Shown: positions 11,126 to 22,212 of the stretch, piece after piece
How positions within the stretch are numbered: the stretch's first letter is position 1
How the letters are laid out: each line of letters opens with the position of its first letter
NCBI GenBank assembly: GCA_026393455.1
Contig: JAPLAE010000097.1
Coordinates: 9,458-73,457, forward strand
DNA length: 64,000 bases
DNA from: Actinomycetota bacterium
Lineage (GTDB): Bacteria > Actinomycetota > Acidimicrobiia > Acidimicrobiales > Acidimicrobilacustridaceae
Direction of reading: 5' to 3'
Position numbers and translations under genes: made by a program
Notes under the pieces: generated by a model
Seen by the model: only the letters and a program-made list of their open reading frames with translations
Databases searched by the model: none
Told to the model about the DNA's origin: nothing

Positions 11126-12237
11126 CAGTTGGTTCCCTTCACAGAATCCATAAGTTCATCGAACATGGTGAACAAGTACGCAGCATCGTGCGGACCAGGC
11201 CCAGCTTCGGGGTGGTACTGCACACTGAAGGCTGGGAGATCGAGGCTACGAAGGCCTTCGACAACGCCATCGTTGAGATTTCGATGCGTGACCTCGACTT
11301 TTTTGCCAAGCGAACCGTCGTCGACTGCGTAATTGTGATTTTGACTGGTGATCTCGACGGTTCCTGTGTCGAGACGTCGCACGGGGTGATTTCCGCCATG
11401 ATGACCGAACGGAAGTTTGTAGGTCTCGGCCCCAAGTGCGGTTGCGAGCAATTGGTGACCGAGGCAAATACCGAAGATCGGGACTTCACCCAACAACCCG
11501 TCGATGATCTGCGGAGCTCCGACCACTGCAGCGGGATCGCCAGGACCATTTGAAAGAAACACACCATCGGGATTGCGAGCCAGAACCTCTGAGGCCGGCG
11601 TGCCTGCGGGCACGACTTCGACAGTTGCGATACCCGAGAGATGACGCAGGATCGTGGTCTTTATTCCAAAGTCATAGGCCACAACACGTTTCGGCGTGCG
11701 GCCACTCGGCCCGGTGAATGCATAGTCATACGAAGAGTCGCAGGTCACCAAATCAACGAGATCGACGCCACTTGTTCCGTGTTCGGCTTTTGCCGCAGCG
11801 AGCAACGCCGATTCAGACGCCGTACCGAATGCGCCAGGCATTGCACCGAGATCGCGGATATGACGAGTGAGCCGCCTCGTATCGATACCGGCAATGCCGG
11901 GGACTCCAGCGTTCTGAAGAAACGATTGCAGATCGCCTTCGGAGCGCCAGTTGCTGCGACGCCGAGCCATGTCGCGAATGATGATGCCCCGGGTAAACGG
12001 TCGGCGGGATTCGTCGTCGAACGCTGTGACGCCGTAGTTGCCGATATGTGGATAGGTGAACGTGATGAGCTGTCCGGCGTAGGAAGGATCGGTGATGATC
12101 TCTTGATACCCAGTGAGGGCGGTGTTGAAGACAACTTCGCCAGAGGTGATGCGATCAGCACGCTGAGCCCCAATTGATTCACCCTCGAACACAGTGCCGT
12201 CGGCGAGAACCAGCAGTGCTTCTTCGATACTGCTCAT
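11125..12237 (-). CDS. carA: Carbamoyl-phosphate synthase small subunit
   Basis: [42 protein letters not shown]; start MSSIEE overlaps the pyrC stop. Confidence 0.97.
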   Translation of the reverse strand: MSSIEEALLVLADGTVFEGESIGAQRADRITSGEVVFNTALTGYQEIITDPSYAGQLITFTYPHIGNYGVTAFDDESRRPFTRGIIIRDMARRRSNWRSEGDLQSFLQNAGVPGIAGIDTRRLTRHIRDLGAMPGAFGTASESALLAAAKAEHGTSGVDLVDLVTCDSSYDYAFTGPSGRTPKRVVAYDFGIKTTILRHLSGIATVEVVPAGTPASEVLARNPDGVFLSNGPGDPAAVVGAPQIIDGLLGEVPIFGICLGHQLLATALGAETYKLPFGHHGGNHPVRRLDTGTVEITSQNHNYAVDDGSLGKKVEVTHRNLNDGVVEGLRSLDLPAFSVQYHPEAGPGPHDAAYLFTMFDELMDSVKGTN

Positions 12238-13607
12238 CGTTGTGCCTCTCCATCGAGAACGGTTGGGACGCCACATAGGAACGTGTGTCGCACCTTTCCG
12301 CGCACGACGCGCCCTGCATATGGCGTGTTGTTGGATTTACTTGCGAGTGCCGATGGGTCGACTGCCCACTCGAGGGCTGGATCGAACACCACGAGGTGCG
12401 CTGGTTCGGCGGCTTCGACATTGCGACCATGCACGTCATCAAGACGGGCAATCGCCGCTGGGTTCCAAGACATCTTGGCGATGAACTCGGTCATGGACAG
12501 CACGCCGGGTTCAACCAGTTCGGTGATCCCGAGAGCAAGAGCGGTTTCGAGCCCGAGCATTCCGCATGGAGCGTGATCGAACGGTGCTTCTTTGACATCG
12601 TCGGTGTGGGGAGCGTGATCGGTGGCAATCGCATCGATGGTTCCGTCGGCCAAGCCTGCCTTTACCGCCGCGACATCTTCAGCAGTACGCAGCGGTGGGT
12701 TGACTTTGAAGACTGGATCGTAGGAAGCGACCTCGGCATGAGTGAGAGTGAAGTGATGCGGTGTCGCTTCAGCCGTGACATTGAGGCCACTGGCTTTCGC
12801 TTCGCGCACGAGCGCAACAGCGCCTTTCGTCGAGAGATGTTGGAAGTGCACTGCCATCCCCGTGAGACGCGAGAGAGCGATGTCGCGAAACACCATGAGC
12901 TCTTCGGCTTCGGCCGGAATGCCGGGGATACCGAGGCGACTCGACCACTCACCTTCGTGCATGTGTCCGCCATGACTCAGCGCTTCCACTTCACAGTGCT
13001 GCGCCAACACCACCGGTTCTGGCAAACCAGACGCGTATTCGAGGGCACGGCGCATGAGTCGATCGTTCTGAACTCCGCAACCGTCGTCGGTGAAAATTCG
13101 AACGCCGGCCGCAGCGAGCTCTGCCATGGGTGAAAGCGCATCGCCTTCGCGGCCGAGAGTGATCGAGGCTGACGACCGCACATCGCATAAGCCTGCTGCG
13201 AGTCCGGCATCGAGTACTTGGCGAACGACCGCGACTGAATCAATGGTCGGTTCGGTGTTCGGCATTGCCACCACTGCGGTGTAGCCCCCGAGCGCGGCGG
13301 CTCGGCTTCCGCTTTCGATCGTTTCTGCTTCTTCTCGGCCTGGTTCACGCAGGTGCGTGTGGATGTCGACGAATCCGGGGGAAACGACACAACCGGTGAT
13401 GTCGAGTACCGGTGCCTTCGTAAGACCCAGTGCTTTGAGATCAAGATCGAGTCCGACAGCGGCAATCGTTCCGTCGGGAGCGATTGCGACGTCGGCGATT
13501 CGTTCACCGGTCCGATCGACGACCCGCCCACCAGTGAGAATCCATCCTGCTGACTCGGGCACAGTTGCCTTTCGGTTCGTCGCGTTGTTGTTTGAGTTCT
13601 TAGACAT
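12234..13607 (-). CDS. pyrC: Dihydroorotase
   Basis: [33 protein letters not shown]; start taken at MSKNSN (13607). Confidence 0.96.
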   Translation of the reverse strand: MSKNSNNNATNRKATVPESAGWILTGGRVVDRTGERIADVAIAPDGTIAAVGLDLDLKALGLTKAPVLDITGCVVSPGFVDIHTHLREPGREEAETIESGSRAAALGGYTAVVAMPNTEPTIDSVAVVRQVLDAGLAAGLCDVRSSASITLGREGDALSPMAELAAAGVRIFTDDGCGVQNDRLMRRALEYASGLPEPVVLAQHCEVEALSHGGHMHEGEWSSRLGIPGIPAEAEELMVFRDIALSRLTGMAVHFQHLSTKGAVALVREAKASGLNVTAEATPHHFTLTHAEVASYDPVFKVNPPLRTAEDVAAVKAGLADGTIDAIATDHAPHTDDVKEAPFDHAPCGMLGLETALALGITELVEPGVLSMTEFIAKMSWNPAAIARLDDVHGRNVEAAEPAHLVVFDPALEWAVDPSALASKSNNTPYAGRVVRGKVRHTFLCGVPTVLDGEAQR

Positions 13608-14580
13608 CGGCTTCGCCTCCCCACGTGGTTCCACTTCCGAGGAGAAGGAACAGAACCGCCATGCGCACCGCGACTCCGTTGCGGACCTGGTCGACGATGA
13701 CGGTGTTGGGAAGATCGGCAACCGCAGCATCGATTTCGACCCCGCGATTCATGGGACCGGGATGCATGATCAGGGCGTGGTCCGGAAGCAACTCCGCGCG
13801 CCGTTCATTGAGTCCGTAGCGAGCGCTGTATTCGCGAATAGTCGGAATAAGCGCCTCGGTCATGCGTTCACGCTGCATGCGGAGCATGTAGCAAACATCG
13901 ACCGTTGGCAGTACGGCATCGATATCGGTGCTCACCTTCACCGGCCAACCTTCGAGGCTTGGCGGCAGCAAGGTTGGCGGTGCGACCAAGGTGACGTCGG
14001 CGCCAAGGGCAGTAAAGGCTGCGACGTTGCTGCGGGCGACTCGCGAATGACGGATGTCGCCGACAATGGCGATTCGCTTTCCGGTGATGTCGCCCAACCG
14101 CTGGCGAATTGTGTAGCAGTCGAGCAGCGCTTGAGTGGGATGTTCATGCCATCCATCGCCGGCGTTGATAATTGCGCTTGTTGCCCATTGTGCGATTTGG
14201 CGAGGAACTCCCGCCGAAGCATGCCGAACAACGATTGCATCGACGCCCATGGCCTCGATGGTTTCGATCGTGTCGCGGAGTGACTCCCCCTTCTTCACCG
14301 AAGAAGTGCTCACGCTGAAGTTCATGGTGTCGGCGGAAAGCCGCTTTGCAGCAGTTTCAAAGCTGAGTCGGGTACGAGTGGAATCTTCGAAGAAGAGTGA
14401 GACCACCGTGCGACCGCGCAGTGCCGGGACTTTCGGAATTGTCCGTTCGCTTACCTCGACGAATGAATCGGTGAGCGTCATGACCTCGGAGATGCCCGTT
14501 GCTACATCGGGACCAAGATCGGATATCGACAACAAGCTGCGTAAGCGACCGTGGCGTGGGTTGGTGACTGGTCGATTCAC
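13600..14580 (-). CDS. pyrB: Aspartate carbamoyltransferase catalytic subunit
   Basis: [38 protein letters not shown]. Confidence 0.97.
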   Translation of the reverse strand: MNRPVTNPRHGRLRSLLSISDLGPDVATGISEVMTLTDSFVEVSERTIPKVPALRGRTVVSLFFEDSTRTRLSFETAAKRLSADTMNFSVSTSSVKKGESLRDTIETIEAMGVDAIVVRHASAGVPRQIAQWATSAIINAGDGWHEHPTQALLDCYTIRQRLGDITGKRIAIVGDIRHSRVARSNVAAFTALGADVTLVAPPTLLPPSLEGWPVKVSTDIDAVLPTVDVCYMLRMQRERMTEALIPTIREYSARYGLNERRAELLPDHALIMHPGPMNRGVEIDAAVADLPNTVIVDQVRNGVAVRMAVLFLLLGSGTTWGGEADV

Positions 14581-15143
14581 TTGACCATCTCCCCGAGATC
14601 CACACCATCGGCGGTGACATCGACGGCTTCGTCGCGTCGTGTCGGAAGGTTCTTGCCGACATAGTCGGGTCTGATCGGCAGTTCTCTATGACCTCGATCG
14701 ACCATCACCGCCAGCTGCACCGCGCGAGCTCGTCCGTAGTCGGACAGGGCATCGAGCGCTGCTCGGATTGTGCGGCCAGTGAAGAGCACGTCGTCGACCA
14801 GGATCACGGTGCGCCCGTCGAGGTCGCAGGGAATGTCGGTAACGGTTTCGGGTAACACCGGCCGAAGGCCAATGTCATCTCGGTAGAACGCGACATCGAC
14901 ACAGCCCACCGGAACCTCTGTGCCGTCGATGAGTTCAAGGGCATCGCAGAGTCGAGAGGCAAGCGGCACTCCCCCGGTCTGCAAACCGATGACGACGAGG
15001 TCATCGAGTCCCTGGTTTCGCTCGATAATTTCGTGGGCCATGCGTTTGGTGGCCCGCTTCATGTCATCGGCGGTCATGACCCGGGTGCGGGCAACAAAAA
15101 CGCCCCCATATGGGGGCGTAAGGCGTCGTTCGCGTTCAGCCAC
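14577..15143 (-). CDS. pyrR: Bifunctional pyr operon regulator / uracil phosphoribosyltransferase
   Basis: [54 protein letters not shown]; GTG at 15143 follows a GGAAGGA SD (alternative ATG at 15077). Confidence 0.95.
   Translation of the reverse strand: MAERERRLTPPYGGVFVARTRVMTADDMKRATKRMAHEIIERNQGLDDLVVIGLQTGGVPLASRLCDALELIDGTEVPVGCVDVAFYRDDIGLRPVLPETVTDIPCDLDGRTVILVDDVLFTGRTIRAALDALSDYGRARAVQLAVMVDRGHRELPIRPDYVGKNLPTRRDEAVDVTADGVDLGEMVK
15093..15119 (-). terminator. Intrinsic terminator at the 5' end of pyrR
   Basis: Perfect palindrome ACGCCCCCATATGGGGGCGT followed by TTTTGTT on the minus strand. Confidence 0.75.
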
Positions 15144-15151
15144 GTTCGTGG

Positions 15152-15202
15152 TCCTTCCTGTCCGTACGGGCCTCACGGGACCCGCTTCACGGGTCAGAAG
15201 GA
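15152..15202 (-). promoter_or_regulatory. PyrR-binding RNA stem-loop
   Basis: GGGUCCCGUGAGGCCC (15168-15183) closely matches the PyrR consensus ARUCCNGNGAGGYU with a CNGNGA loop; outer stem UCCUUCUG/CAGGAAGGA. Confidence 0.85.
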
Positions 15203-15216
15203 GACTCTATCGCGTC

Positions 15217-15624
15217 TTAGCGAACCGCGCCTGCAACGGCCGAGAGCACCCCATTTACATAGCGACTGCTGTCATCGGTGCTGTAGGACTTGGCTAATTC
15301 CACCGCTTCGGAGATGACCACTGCGGTCGGAACATCGGGCCGGTGAATGAGTTCGTAGGTGGCTAAACGCAGGATTGCTCGATCGAGTGCGGGCATACGA
15401 TCCACGTCCCAATTGCGGGCATGGGACGCGATGACCGCATCGAGGTCGTCTTGATTCTCCCCCACTCCAACCACAAGCTGAGCCGCGAACTCATCGGGAT
15501 CAACTGGCAACGCTGCGAGGACGTCTGCAATGGCGTTGCCTTTCATCTCGGTTTCGTAGAGGAGGTGAAAAGCGCGCTCGCGAGCGTCGTGTCGATTGGT
15601 TGCGTTACCGAAGTCTTCGCTCAC
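15217..15624 (-). CDS. nusB: Transcription antitermination factor NusB
   Basis: RHDARERAFHLLYE, WDVDRMPALDRAILRLA, EAVELAK, YVNGVL. Confidence 0.95.
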   Translation of the reverse strand: MSEDFGNATNRHDARERAFHLLYETEMKGNAIADVLAALPVDPDEFAAQLVVGVGENQDDLDAVIASHARNWDVDRMPALDRAILRLATYELIHRPDVPTAVVISEAVELAKSYSTDDSSRYVNGVLSAVAGAVR

Positions 15625-16184
15625 GCCCGGGTCAGATATTCGCCGGTGCGGGTGTCGACCTTGACGCGATCATTCGGATCGACAAACAGAGGGACCTGAA
15701 TGACAAGCCCAGTTTCAAGGGTGGCGGGTTTACGAGCACCTGAAACACGATCGCCCTGAATGCCGGGCTCGGTTTCAGCAATGTTCAATTCGACCGCAGC
15801 TGGCAATTCGATGCCCACGATCTCGTCGCCGTACATCTTGAGAACAGCCTCACCATTTTCCACGAGATAGTTAGAGGCATCGCCAAGTGAGGATGGGCCG
15901 ACGTTGAGCTGGTCGAAGGTCGTGTTATCCATGAAGACATAGTCATCGCCCGAGCGGTAGAGAAACTGCATCTCCCGCTTATCGATCATCGCTCGCTCGA
16001 CTTTTTCACCGGCACGGAAGGTGCGCTCGACGACGGCGCCGTTGCGAGCGTTCTTGAGGGTTGTGCGAACGAACGCGCCACCCTTGCCCGGCTTCACATG
16101 CTGGAACTCAACGATTTCGAACAGCACGCCTTCGATGTCGAGGGCCATGCCATTCTTGATGTCGTTCGTGGTGATCGTGGGCAT
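15621..16184 (-). CDS. efp: Elongation factor P
   Basis: FQHVKPGKGGAFVRT, MQFLY, KPATLETG, VDTRTGEYL. Confidence 0.97.
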   Translation of the reverse strand: MPTITTNDIKNGMALDIEGVLFEIVEFQHVKPGKGGAFVRTTLKNARNGAVVERTFRAGEKVERAMIDKREMQFLYRSGDDYVFMDNTTFDQLNVGPSSLGDASNYLVENGEAVLKMYGDEIVGIELPAAVELNIAETEPGIQGDRVSGARKPATLETGLVIQVPLFVDPNDRVKVDTRTGEYLTRA

Positions 16185-16217
16185 CGGGGCCTTCCTGGTC
16201 CGGAACCGTGACGCAGG

Positions 16218-17363
16218 TCAGGGCTTCGGTGACTTCGTTGTGTGAGTGAGGGTTCGACACCCATCGGGGGTGACGACGACGCTGTCTTCCATACGGACCC
16301 CGCCGTGCGCCGGGAGGTAAACACCCGGTTCGACAGTGACGACGTCGCCGGGCGAAAGCGTATCAGTGCTGGTTGCGGCCACTCTCGGGGCCTCATGGAT
16401 GTCCAAACCAACCCCGTGACCGGTGCCATGGGTAAAGGAATCGAGCCAACCGGCCTCGGCGATGACGGAACGAGCGGCCGCATCGATCTCCGATGCCGCC
16501 ACACCGGGTCTTACCGCAGCGACTCCGGCTTCGTTGGATGCCGTTACAACCTCGAGCATCCGCAGACAGGTGGCATCGACCTCACCGATGGCCACGGTTC
16601 TGGTCATGTCAGAGCAATAGCCATCGACAATGCATCCAAAATCGATCACGACAAGGTCGCCGTCTTGGATGCGACGATCGGTGGGCCGCGCATGAGGCTT
16701 GGCCCCGTTCGGACCGGACGCAATGATGGTTTCAAAACTCGTGCCCGAGGCTCCGAGTTGGCGCATGGCCGAATCGAGGGCAAGAGCGAACTCGGATTCG
16801 GTGAGTCCATCAAGTAAGGAGGATCGACGCTCAGCAAGTGCAGCGTCGGCGATAGCAGCAGCAAGTTCCATGCGAGCGAGTTCTGCGGTGTCTTTCGAAC
16901 GACGAAGTGTTTCTATGAGCCCGGTTGTGGCCACGATCTGATGCGCACTGAACCAGTCGTCGGCATAGCGACGCTGGGCCGACCATGTGATGTGGTCAGC
17001 TTCGAGTCCGATTCGTGATGCCGAACCCGCAATCGAAGCAACGACGTCACGTTGTGCGGTGGAGGTGACCTCGAGGCGTGATGGTGAACTCGAGGCCGAA
17101 AGCTGATCCGCAGCCTGTTCGGTATAGCGACCATCGGTCACGAGAACCATGTCTTCGGCAGTTATGACGACGATGCCAGCGCTGCCGGTAAAACCGGTCA
17201 AATAGCGGATGTTGCTTCTTGCCGTAACCAGCAAAGCATCGAGTTCGTCGTCGACCATTTCTTGGCGCAACCGATCGATGCGATCGGTAACAAGCAATGG
17301 AGGAAGGTTGGCAAAACGTTCGACAATCGAAAGCACTGGAGCTGCCGCAGTCACGTCGTTCAC
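16218..17363 (-). CDS. Xaa-Pro aminopeptidase (M24 family)
   Basis: [46 protein letters not shown]; GTG start overlaps the aroQ stop (alternative 17354). Confidence 0.9.
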   Translation of the reverse strand: MNDVTAAAPVLSIVERFANLPPLLVTDRIDRLRQEMVDDELDALLVTARSNIRYLTGFTGSAGIVVITAEDMVLVTDGRYTEQAADQLSASSSPSRLEVTSTAQRDVVASIAGSASRIGLEADHITWSAQRRYADDWFSAHQIVATTGLIETLRRSKDTAELARMELAAAIADAALAERRSSLLDGLTESEFALALDSAMRQLGASGTSFETIIASGPNGAKPHARPTDRRIQDGDLVVIDFGCIVDGYCSDMTRTVAIGEVDATCLRMLEVVTASNEAGVAAVRPGVAASEIDAAARSVIAEAGWLDSFTHGTGHGVGLDIHEAPRVAATSTDTLSPGDVVTVEPGVYLPAHGGVRMEDSVVVTPDGCRTLTHTTKSPKP

Positions 17364-17803
17364 TTCAACAGTGTTGCCACTGCATCGACGGCGAGGCGGT
17401 ACCCATCGCCACCGAATCCGGCAATGGTCCCCGTGGCCACTGGAGCAACGACTGATGTCTTTCGCCATTCCTCGCGAGCCGCTGGGTTCGAAAGGTGCAA
17501 TTCGATGATTGGCCCATCGAACGCTGCGAGCGCATCGTGAAGCGACCAGGCGTAATGCGTGAATGCGCCAGGATTGAAGATGATGGCCGCGCATCGGCGA
17601 CGCGCTCCATGAATGGCGTCGACAAGTTCTGACTCGGCATTCGACTGCAGATGCTCAATTGTGAGTCCGTGCGCTTCCGCAGCGGCGGTTGCCGTGGCCA
17701 CGTGGTCAGCGAGGGTCGAAGTGCCGTAAATCTCAGGCTCACGATCACCGAGCAAATTGAGGTTCACTCCTGAAAGCAGGAGGACAATGGGAGCGTTCGA
17801 CAT
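17360..17803 (-). CDS. aroQ: Type II 3-dehydroquinate dehydratase
   Basis: GVNLNLLGDREPEIYG, QSNAE, NPGAFTH, ELHLSN. Confidence 0.96.
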   Translation of the reverse strand: MSNAPIVLLLSGVNLNLLGDREPEIYGTSTLADHVATATAAAEAHGLTIEHLQSNAESELVDAIHGARRRCAAIIFNPGAFTHYAWSLHDALAAFDGPIIELHLSNPAAREEWRKTSVVAPVATGTIAGFGGDGYRLAVDAVATLLK

Positions 17804-18819
17804 CAGCGGTCTCCTTCGGCACGGATGGCATCGATTGAGTCTTCGATAAGTGAGATCTCGACTCCGGTGACAGATTCAACCCCATTGGGCCCGTTGAGAA
17901 CGAACGTAATTCCATCGAGGGCCTTTTTGTCACGGCCCATGAGGGCGATGAGTTCGGCGTTTTGCAGACCGGAGGGCAGAGTCATAGGCAGGTCGTAGGC
18001 GCCCACAACACGCCGGTGTTCGGCAACACGCTCTGCATCGATTCGGCCCAAACGGTGTGCGAGTTCTGCAGCAAAGATCAGCCCGATCGCTACTGCTTCG
18101 CCGTGACGAAGATCGTGATCGCCCGCAATCTCGATGGCATGAGCCAACGTGTGCCCGTAGTTCAACGTGGCTCGAGCACCGCCTTCGCGTTCATCGCCGG
18201 CAACAACTGCAGCCTTGATGGCAACGCAAGCGGCCACCTGTTCGTCGATTGGCAACGCATCGATGCCTTCGCCGCCGAGAAAGTGGTACTTGGCGATTTC
18301 ACCGAGACCGCAGCGGTATTCGCGCGGCGACAACGTTGTGAGCAGACCGGTGTCGCACACAACACCAGAAGGCTGCCAATAAGCGCCAACCAGATTCTTT
18401 CCCTCGGGGATATTCACACCGGTCTTACCGCCAATGGCCGCGTCGACCTGCCCAACCAACGTGGTGGAGACATGCACAACAGGCACGCCACGGTGATAGG
18501 AGGCAGCGGCATAACCAGCGGTATCGGTGACAATGCCTCCACCGACCGCAACAACACAGTCGGCGCGCGTGAGACCCCATTGTGCAAACTGTCGGCAAAG
18601 CGACTCGACCGTGGCCATTGATTTCGACTGCTCACCATCGCCCATCGTGAACACCTTGTGTTCACGCCCTGGGTCGACATCGATACCGAGACCTTCTTGA
18701 GTAACGATCGCCACACGCTTGGCCCGTTGCGGAATCAGACGAGAGAGCTCTGAGCGAACACCGTCGCCAACAAGAACCTCGTAGGAACGATCTGCGAGTT
18801 GAACAGGGACGATGATCAT
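17803..18819 (-). CDS. aroB: 3-dehydroquinate synthase
   Basis: GGGIVTDTAG, TTLVGQVDAAIGGKTG, KNLVG, LNYGHTLAHA, HGEAVAIG, DKK. Confidence 0.96.
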   Translation of the reverse strand: MIIVPVQLADRSYEVLVGDGVRSELSRLIPQRAKRVAIVTQEGLGIDVDPGREHKVFTMGDGEQSKSMATVESLCRQFAQWGLTRADCVVAVGGGIVTDTAGYAAASYHRGVPVVHVSTTLVGQVDAAIGGKTGVNIPEGKNLVGAYWQPSGVVCDTGLLTTLSPREYRCGLGEIAKYHFLGGEGIDALPIDEQVAACVAIKAAVVAGDEREGGARATLNYGHTLAHAIEIAGDHDLRHGEAVAIGLIFAAELAHRLGRIDAERVAEHRRVVGAYDLPMTLPSGLQNAELIALMGRDKKALDGITFVLNGPNGVESVTGVEISLIEDSIDAIRAEGDR

Positions 18820-19352
18820 TGAGCATCAACCTCGTTCACCGAGCGAACGATGGTGGCGACCACCTCGGACATTGGAGCAGTGCAGTCGACGGTGAGGTCG
18901 GCGACTTCGCTATAGAGGGATGCACGATCAGATTCCATTTGCGTCAATGTTGCCCGGGGGTCGTTGGCAAGTGCGGGACGGTGCGTCCCTCGAGAAGTAC
19001 GGCCCACAAGAACGTCAACGGGAGCGCGCATCCAGACAACCGTGCCCGATTCACGGAGCGCGGATCTGGTCGCTTCACTCAGGACTGAACCACCGGCGGC
19101 GGCGATCACCGAGGCAACTGGTGACTTAAGAAGATCGGCCATGACATCGGCCTCGATCGCCCGAAACGCCGGTTCGCCGTCGGTGGCGAAGATTTCGCTG
19201 ACAGCGCGGCCGGTCACAGCCACAACTTCATCGTCGGAATCAACGAATGGGCGCGACATTTCCTTGGCAACCCGACGCCCCACAGTTGACTTTCCTACCC
19301 CCATCATCCCGATCAGCACGATGTGTGCCGAACTGGATGCGGTGCTGTTCAC
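18816..19352 (-). CDS. aroK: Shikimate kinase
   Basis: IVLIGMMGVGKSTVG, FVDSD, GEPAFRAIE, GGS, HRP; GTG start overlaps the aroC stop. Confidence 0.93.
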   Translation of the reverse strand: MNSTASSSAHIVLIGMMGVGKSTVGRRVAKEMSRPFVDSDDEVVAVTGRAVSEIFATDGEPAFRAIEADVMADLLKSPVASVIAAAGGSVLSEATRSALRESGTVVWMRAPVDVLVGRTSRGTHRPALANDPRATLTQMESDRASLYSEVADLTVDCTAPMSEVVATIVRSVNEVDAQ

Positions 19353-20614
19353 GCCTTGGGCGCATCGGCGCCGTCGGCGAACGCCTGTCCGGCGTCCCAA
19401 TTGAGCGGCTTCGCATCGGGGTCGAGCGCCGACGAGGTATCGATATGTGAGGTTTGTTCGCGAACCTGAGCGATGAACGTGTCGTGATTACGAACGAATT
19501 CTTCTAACGAGTCGCCACCAAATTTGCGAAGTGCTTCGCTGGCGATCACAAGAGCTGCCATCGCTTCAGCGACAACACCCATGGCCGGAACCGCAGTGAC
19601 ATCGGTGCGTTCGCGAAATGAAACGCCGGCTTCTTTGGTTGCGGTATCAACAGTGGCAAGGACGGGGCGATTGAGAGTTGCAAGCGGCTTCATCGCCACA
19701 TGGGCAATAAGTACTTCTCCGGTTGACATCCCGCCTTCGATACCTCCGGCATTCGCACTTGTTCGCCGATACGTCGACGCAACTTCGTCCCACACGATCG
19801 GATCATGTGCTTCAGACCCTGGGCGAGCTGCAACATCGAACCCATCGCCGATCTCGACACCCTTAACAGCCTGTATGGAAAGCAGCGCTTGTGCCAACAA
19901 TCCGTCGAGACGACGATCCCAGTGCACATGGCTGCCAAGCCCAATCGGAACACCATGGGCAACGACTTCGACAACACCGCCGAGAGAATCGCCAGCCTTT
20001 TGAGCGGCCTTGATCGAAGCGATCATCTCTGCTTCGGCAGAAGCATCGAGACAACGGACTTCAGAATCGTCGACGGGAGCGAAACCGCCCGGCTCGGGTC
20101 GAGCAGCAACCGAGGCGCGGATCGGACCAAGTGCGATCACATGCGAACCGACCTCGGTTCCGAGATGTGACAACAACGCTTTGGCTACGGCGCCGGCGGC
20201 AACACGCGCTGCCGTTTCGCGAGCTGATGCTCGCTCGAGCACATTGCGAGCATCGTCGAAGCCGTATTTCTGCATACCTGTGAGGTCGGCATGGCCAGGT
20301 CGGGGTGTCGTGAGTTTCTGAGTGGTCTGGCCGGGATGAGGCGACATCTCCTCGGTCCATTTCTTTTCCCATTCACTGTTGCCAATTTCGATCGCAACTG
20401 GAGAACCAAGGGTGAGGCCATGACGGACACCAGCGAGAATGGTGACTTCGTCCGCTTCGAACTTCATTCGGGGACCGCGACCGAAGCCAAGGCGGCGTCG
20501 GGCCAGCTCATTTCCGATTTGGTCGACAGTGATGGGCAAACCAGCAGGAAGTCCTTCGAGAATGACGACGAGGGCCTTGCCATGGGATTCACCGGCGGTC
20601 AGATAACGCAGCAC
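19349..20614 (-). CDS. aroC: Chorismate synthase
   Basis: TAGESHG, PRPGHAD, ERASARETAARVAAG, GGIEGGMSTG. Confidence 0.97.
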   Translation of the reverse strand: MLRYLTAGESHGKALVVILEGLPAGLPITVDQIGNELARRRLGFGRGPRMKFEADEVTILAGVRHGLTLGSPVAIEIGNSEWEKKWTEEMSPHPGQTTQKLTTPRPGHADLTGMQKYGFDDARNVLERASARETAARVAAGAVAKALLSHLGTEVGSHVIALGPIRASVAARPEPGGFAPVDDSEVRCLDASAEAEMIASIKAAQKAGDSLGGVVEVVAHGVPIGLGSHVHWDRRLDGLLAQALLSIQAVKGVEIGDGFDVAARPGSEAHDPIVWDEVASTYRRTSANAGGIEGGMSTGEVLIAHVAMKPLATLNRPVLATVDTATKEAGVSFRERTDVTAVPAMGVVAEAMAALVIASEALRKFGGDSLEEFVRNHDTFIAQVREQTSHIDTSSALDPDAKPLNWDAGQAFADGADAPKA

Positions 20615-20620
20615 CGAACC

Positions 20621-20626
20621 AATCTA
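20621..20626 (-). promoter_or_regulatory. -10 element (TAGATT) of probable leaderless aroC promoter
   Basis: GG-TAGATT 6 nt upstream of the GTG. Confidence 0.55.
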
Positions 20627-20673
20627 CCGGCCTGCTCCACCCCTTTCGGAGCCAGTTTCGCTATTGGTCTGAG

Positions 20674-21360
20674 TCAGCCAACAAGCGCTCGGCTGAAAAG
20701 GACCGTGACGAGGGCCCCAATCGCCAAGAACGGACCGAACGGGAAGGCCTGACTGCGACCCCGAAGAACCATGAGTGCGACTCCGCCGACCGTACCGAAG
20801 GCAAACCCGATGAGGAAAAGCCAGAGAACAATGATCACCGCATCACCGAATGAATGCGCCTGCCATCCCACCATCAGGCCGAGTAGTGCCACGAACTTCA
20901 CGTCACCAAAACCCATCCCCTGCGGTGAAATCAAGTGAACGATAAGGAGAACACCAAAGGCCAGAATTGCTGCAAAGAAGGCGTATTGCATTCGATCTGC
21001 GGAGTTGTCGACGATTGAAATACTCGCGATGAGCACCACTCCAATTGCGAGTGACGGCAGGACGACAACATCGGGAAGGCGATATTCAGTGAGATCGATA
21101 ACGCTGGCCAACAACACGACGGCGAATCCTGCGAGATAGGCCAGCAGTTCAGCCCACGATGCATCGGTGAATCTCCAACCCAGAAGTACGAAAACCACCA
21201 TCGTGGTGATTCCGATGGCGAGCGTGCGTCCTGAGATACGAGGACTATCTGAAGGCTGGAATAACGGGCGTTCTGTGACAAACCCTTCGGCAAGGCTGGA
21301 GACCCACGCACCGCACGGAACCGCCAACACGATGCACACGAGGAGGCGGATCGTGTTCAT
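20674..21360 (-). CDS. A24-family prepilin peptidase-like membrane protein
   Basis: Multiple TM segments, SVIDL...LPD, GMGFGDVK, PFGPFL; lacks the N-terminal Cys-rich zinc domain. Confidence 0.88.
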   Translation of the reverse strand: MNTIRLLVCIVLAVPCGAWVSSLAEGFVTERPLFQPSDSPRISGRTLAIGITTMVVFVLLGWRFTDASWAELLAYLAGFAVVLLASVIDLTEYRLPDVVVLPSLAIGVVLIASISIVDNSADRMQYAFFAAILAFGVLLIVHLISPQGMGFGDVKFVALLGLMVGWQAHSFGDAVIIVLWLFLIGFAFGTVGGVALMVLRGRSQAFPFGPFLAIGALVTVLFSRALVG

Positions 21361-21369
21361 CGTCGAGGC

Positions 21370-22212
21370 TCAGCCGAGTTGGTCGGCCACGGAGGCCAGC
21401 ATCACATCGATGGGGGCATCGACTCCGGTCCACAATTCAAACTGCACTGCGGCTTGGTGAGCCAACATTGCAACCCCATTTGCGACAGAAACGCCTCGAA
21501 GGCGCGCTGTCGCCAACAGCGGCGTTTCTAGGGGCTTGTAGACAATGTCAACGAGCGTTTGGCCGTCGTGCAGCACTGACGCGTCGAACGGAACATCGCT
21601 TGCGGCAGGTTCACCCATGCCTATCGAGGTTGCATTCACAATGAGGTCGGCGTCGACAAGATCGGAGTGTGCACCATCGAGCGCCACGACTTCGCCCCGA
21701 TCACCGGCAAGCGCGGCCGTTCGCTCAGCGCGACCAAGCGTTCGATTAACCACAACGATTTCTGAAGCCCCGGCGTCGGCAAGTGCAAGCACGATTGATC
21801 GGGCTGCTCCACCCGCGCCGATAACAACACAGCGCTTGTTCGCCGGTTCGAATGCGAATCCGTGGCGCAGGGAACGGATGAAGCCGTCGCCGTCGGTGTT
21901 ATGGCCGGTCAGAACGCCCCCGTTGTTGACGATGCAGTTCACTGCGCCTAACCGTTCGGCGGTAGGAGAAAGGCGATCGCAACAAGCGGCCGCGCTTTCT
22001 TTATGGGGCATCGTCACCGAAAGTCCAGAAATGCCGAGTGCGCGGACTCCAGCCAACGCATCAGGAAGTTGCATCGCTGCGACCTCCAGTGCGACATAGG
22101 ACCAGTCGAGTCCTGTCGCCCCGAAGGCTGCGTTCATCAACGTCGGAGAAAGCGAATGGCGGACCGGGTCCCCGATCACTGCCGCAAGTCGTGTCTGCCC
22201 GGTGGGACTCAT
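21370..22212 (-). CDS. aroE: Shikimate dehydrogenase
   Basis: GDPVRHSLSP, SVTMPHKE, GAVN, NTDG, GAGGAA, NATSIG, DIVY. Confidence 0.95.
   Translation of the reverse strand: MSPTGQTRLAAVIGDPVRHSLSPTLMNAAFGATGLDWSYVALEVAAMQLPDALAGVRALGISGLSVTMPHKESAAACCDRLSPTAERLGAVNCIVNNGGVLTGHNTDGDGFIRSLRHGFAFEPANKRCVVIGAGGAARSIVLALADAGASEIVVVNRTLGRAERTAALAGDRGEVVALDGAHSDLVDADLIVNATSIGMGEPAASDVPFDASVLHDGQTLVDIVYKPLETPLLATARLRGVSVANGVAMLAHQAAVQFELWTGVDAPIDVMLASVADQLG

Noticed and set aside
20674-21360. Prepilin peptidase as evidence of a pilus system linked to the giant protein
   Set aside because: An A24 peptidase next to aroE is common actinobacterial synteny; no pilin or assembly genes are present
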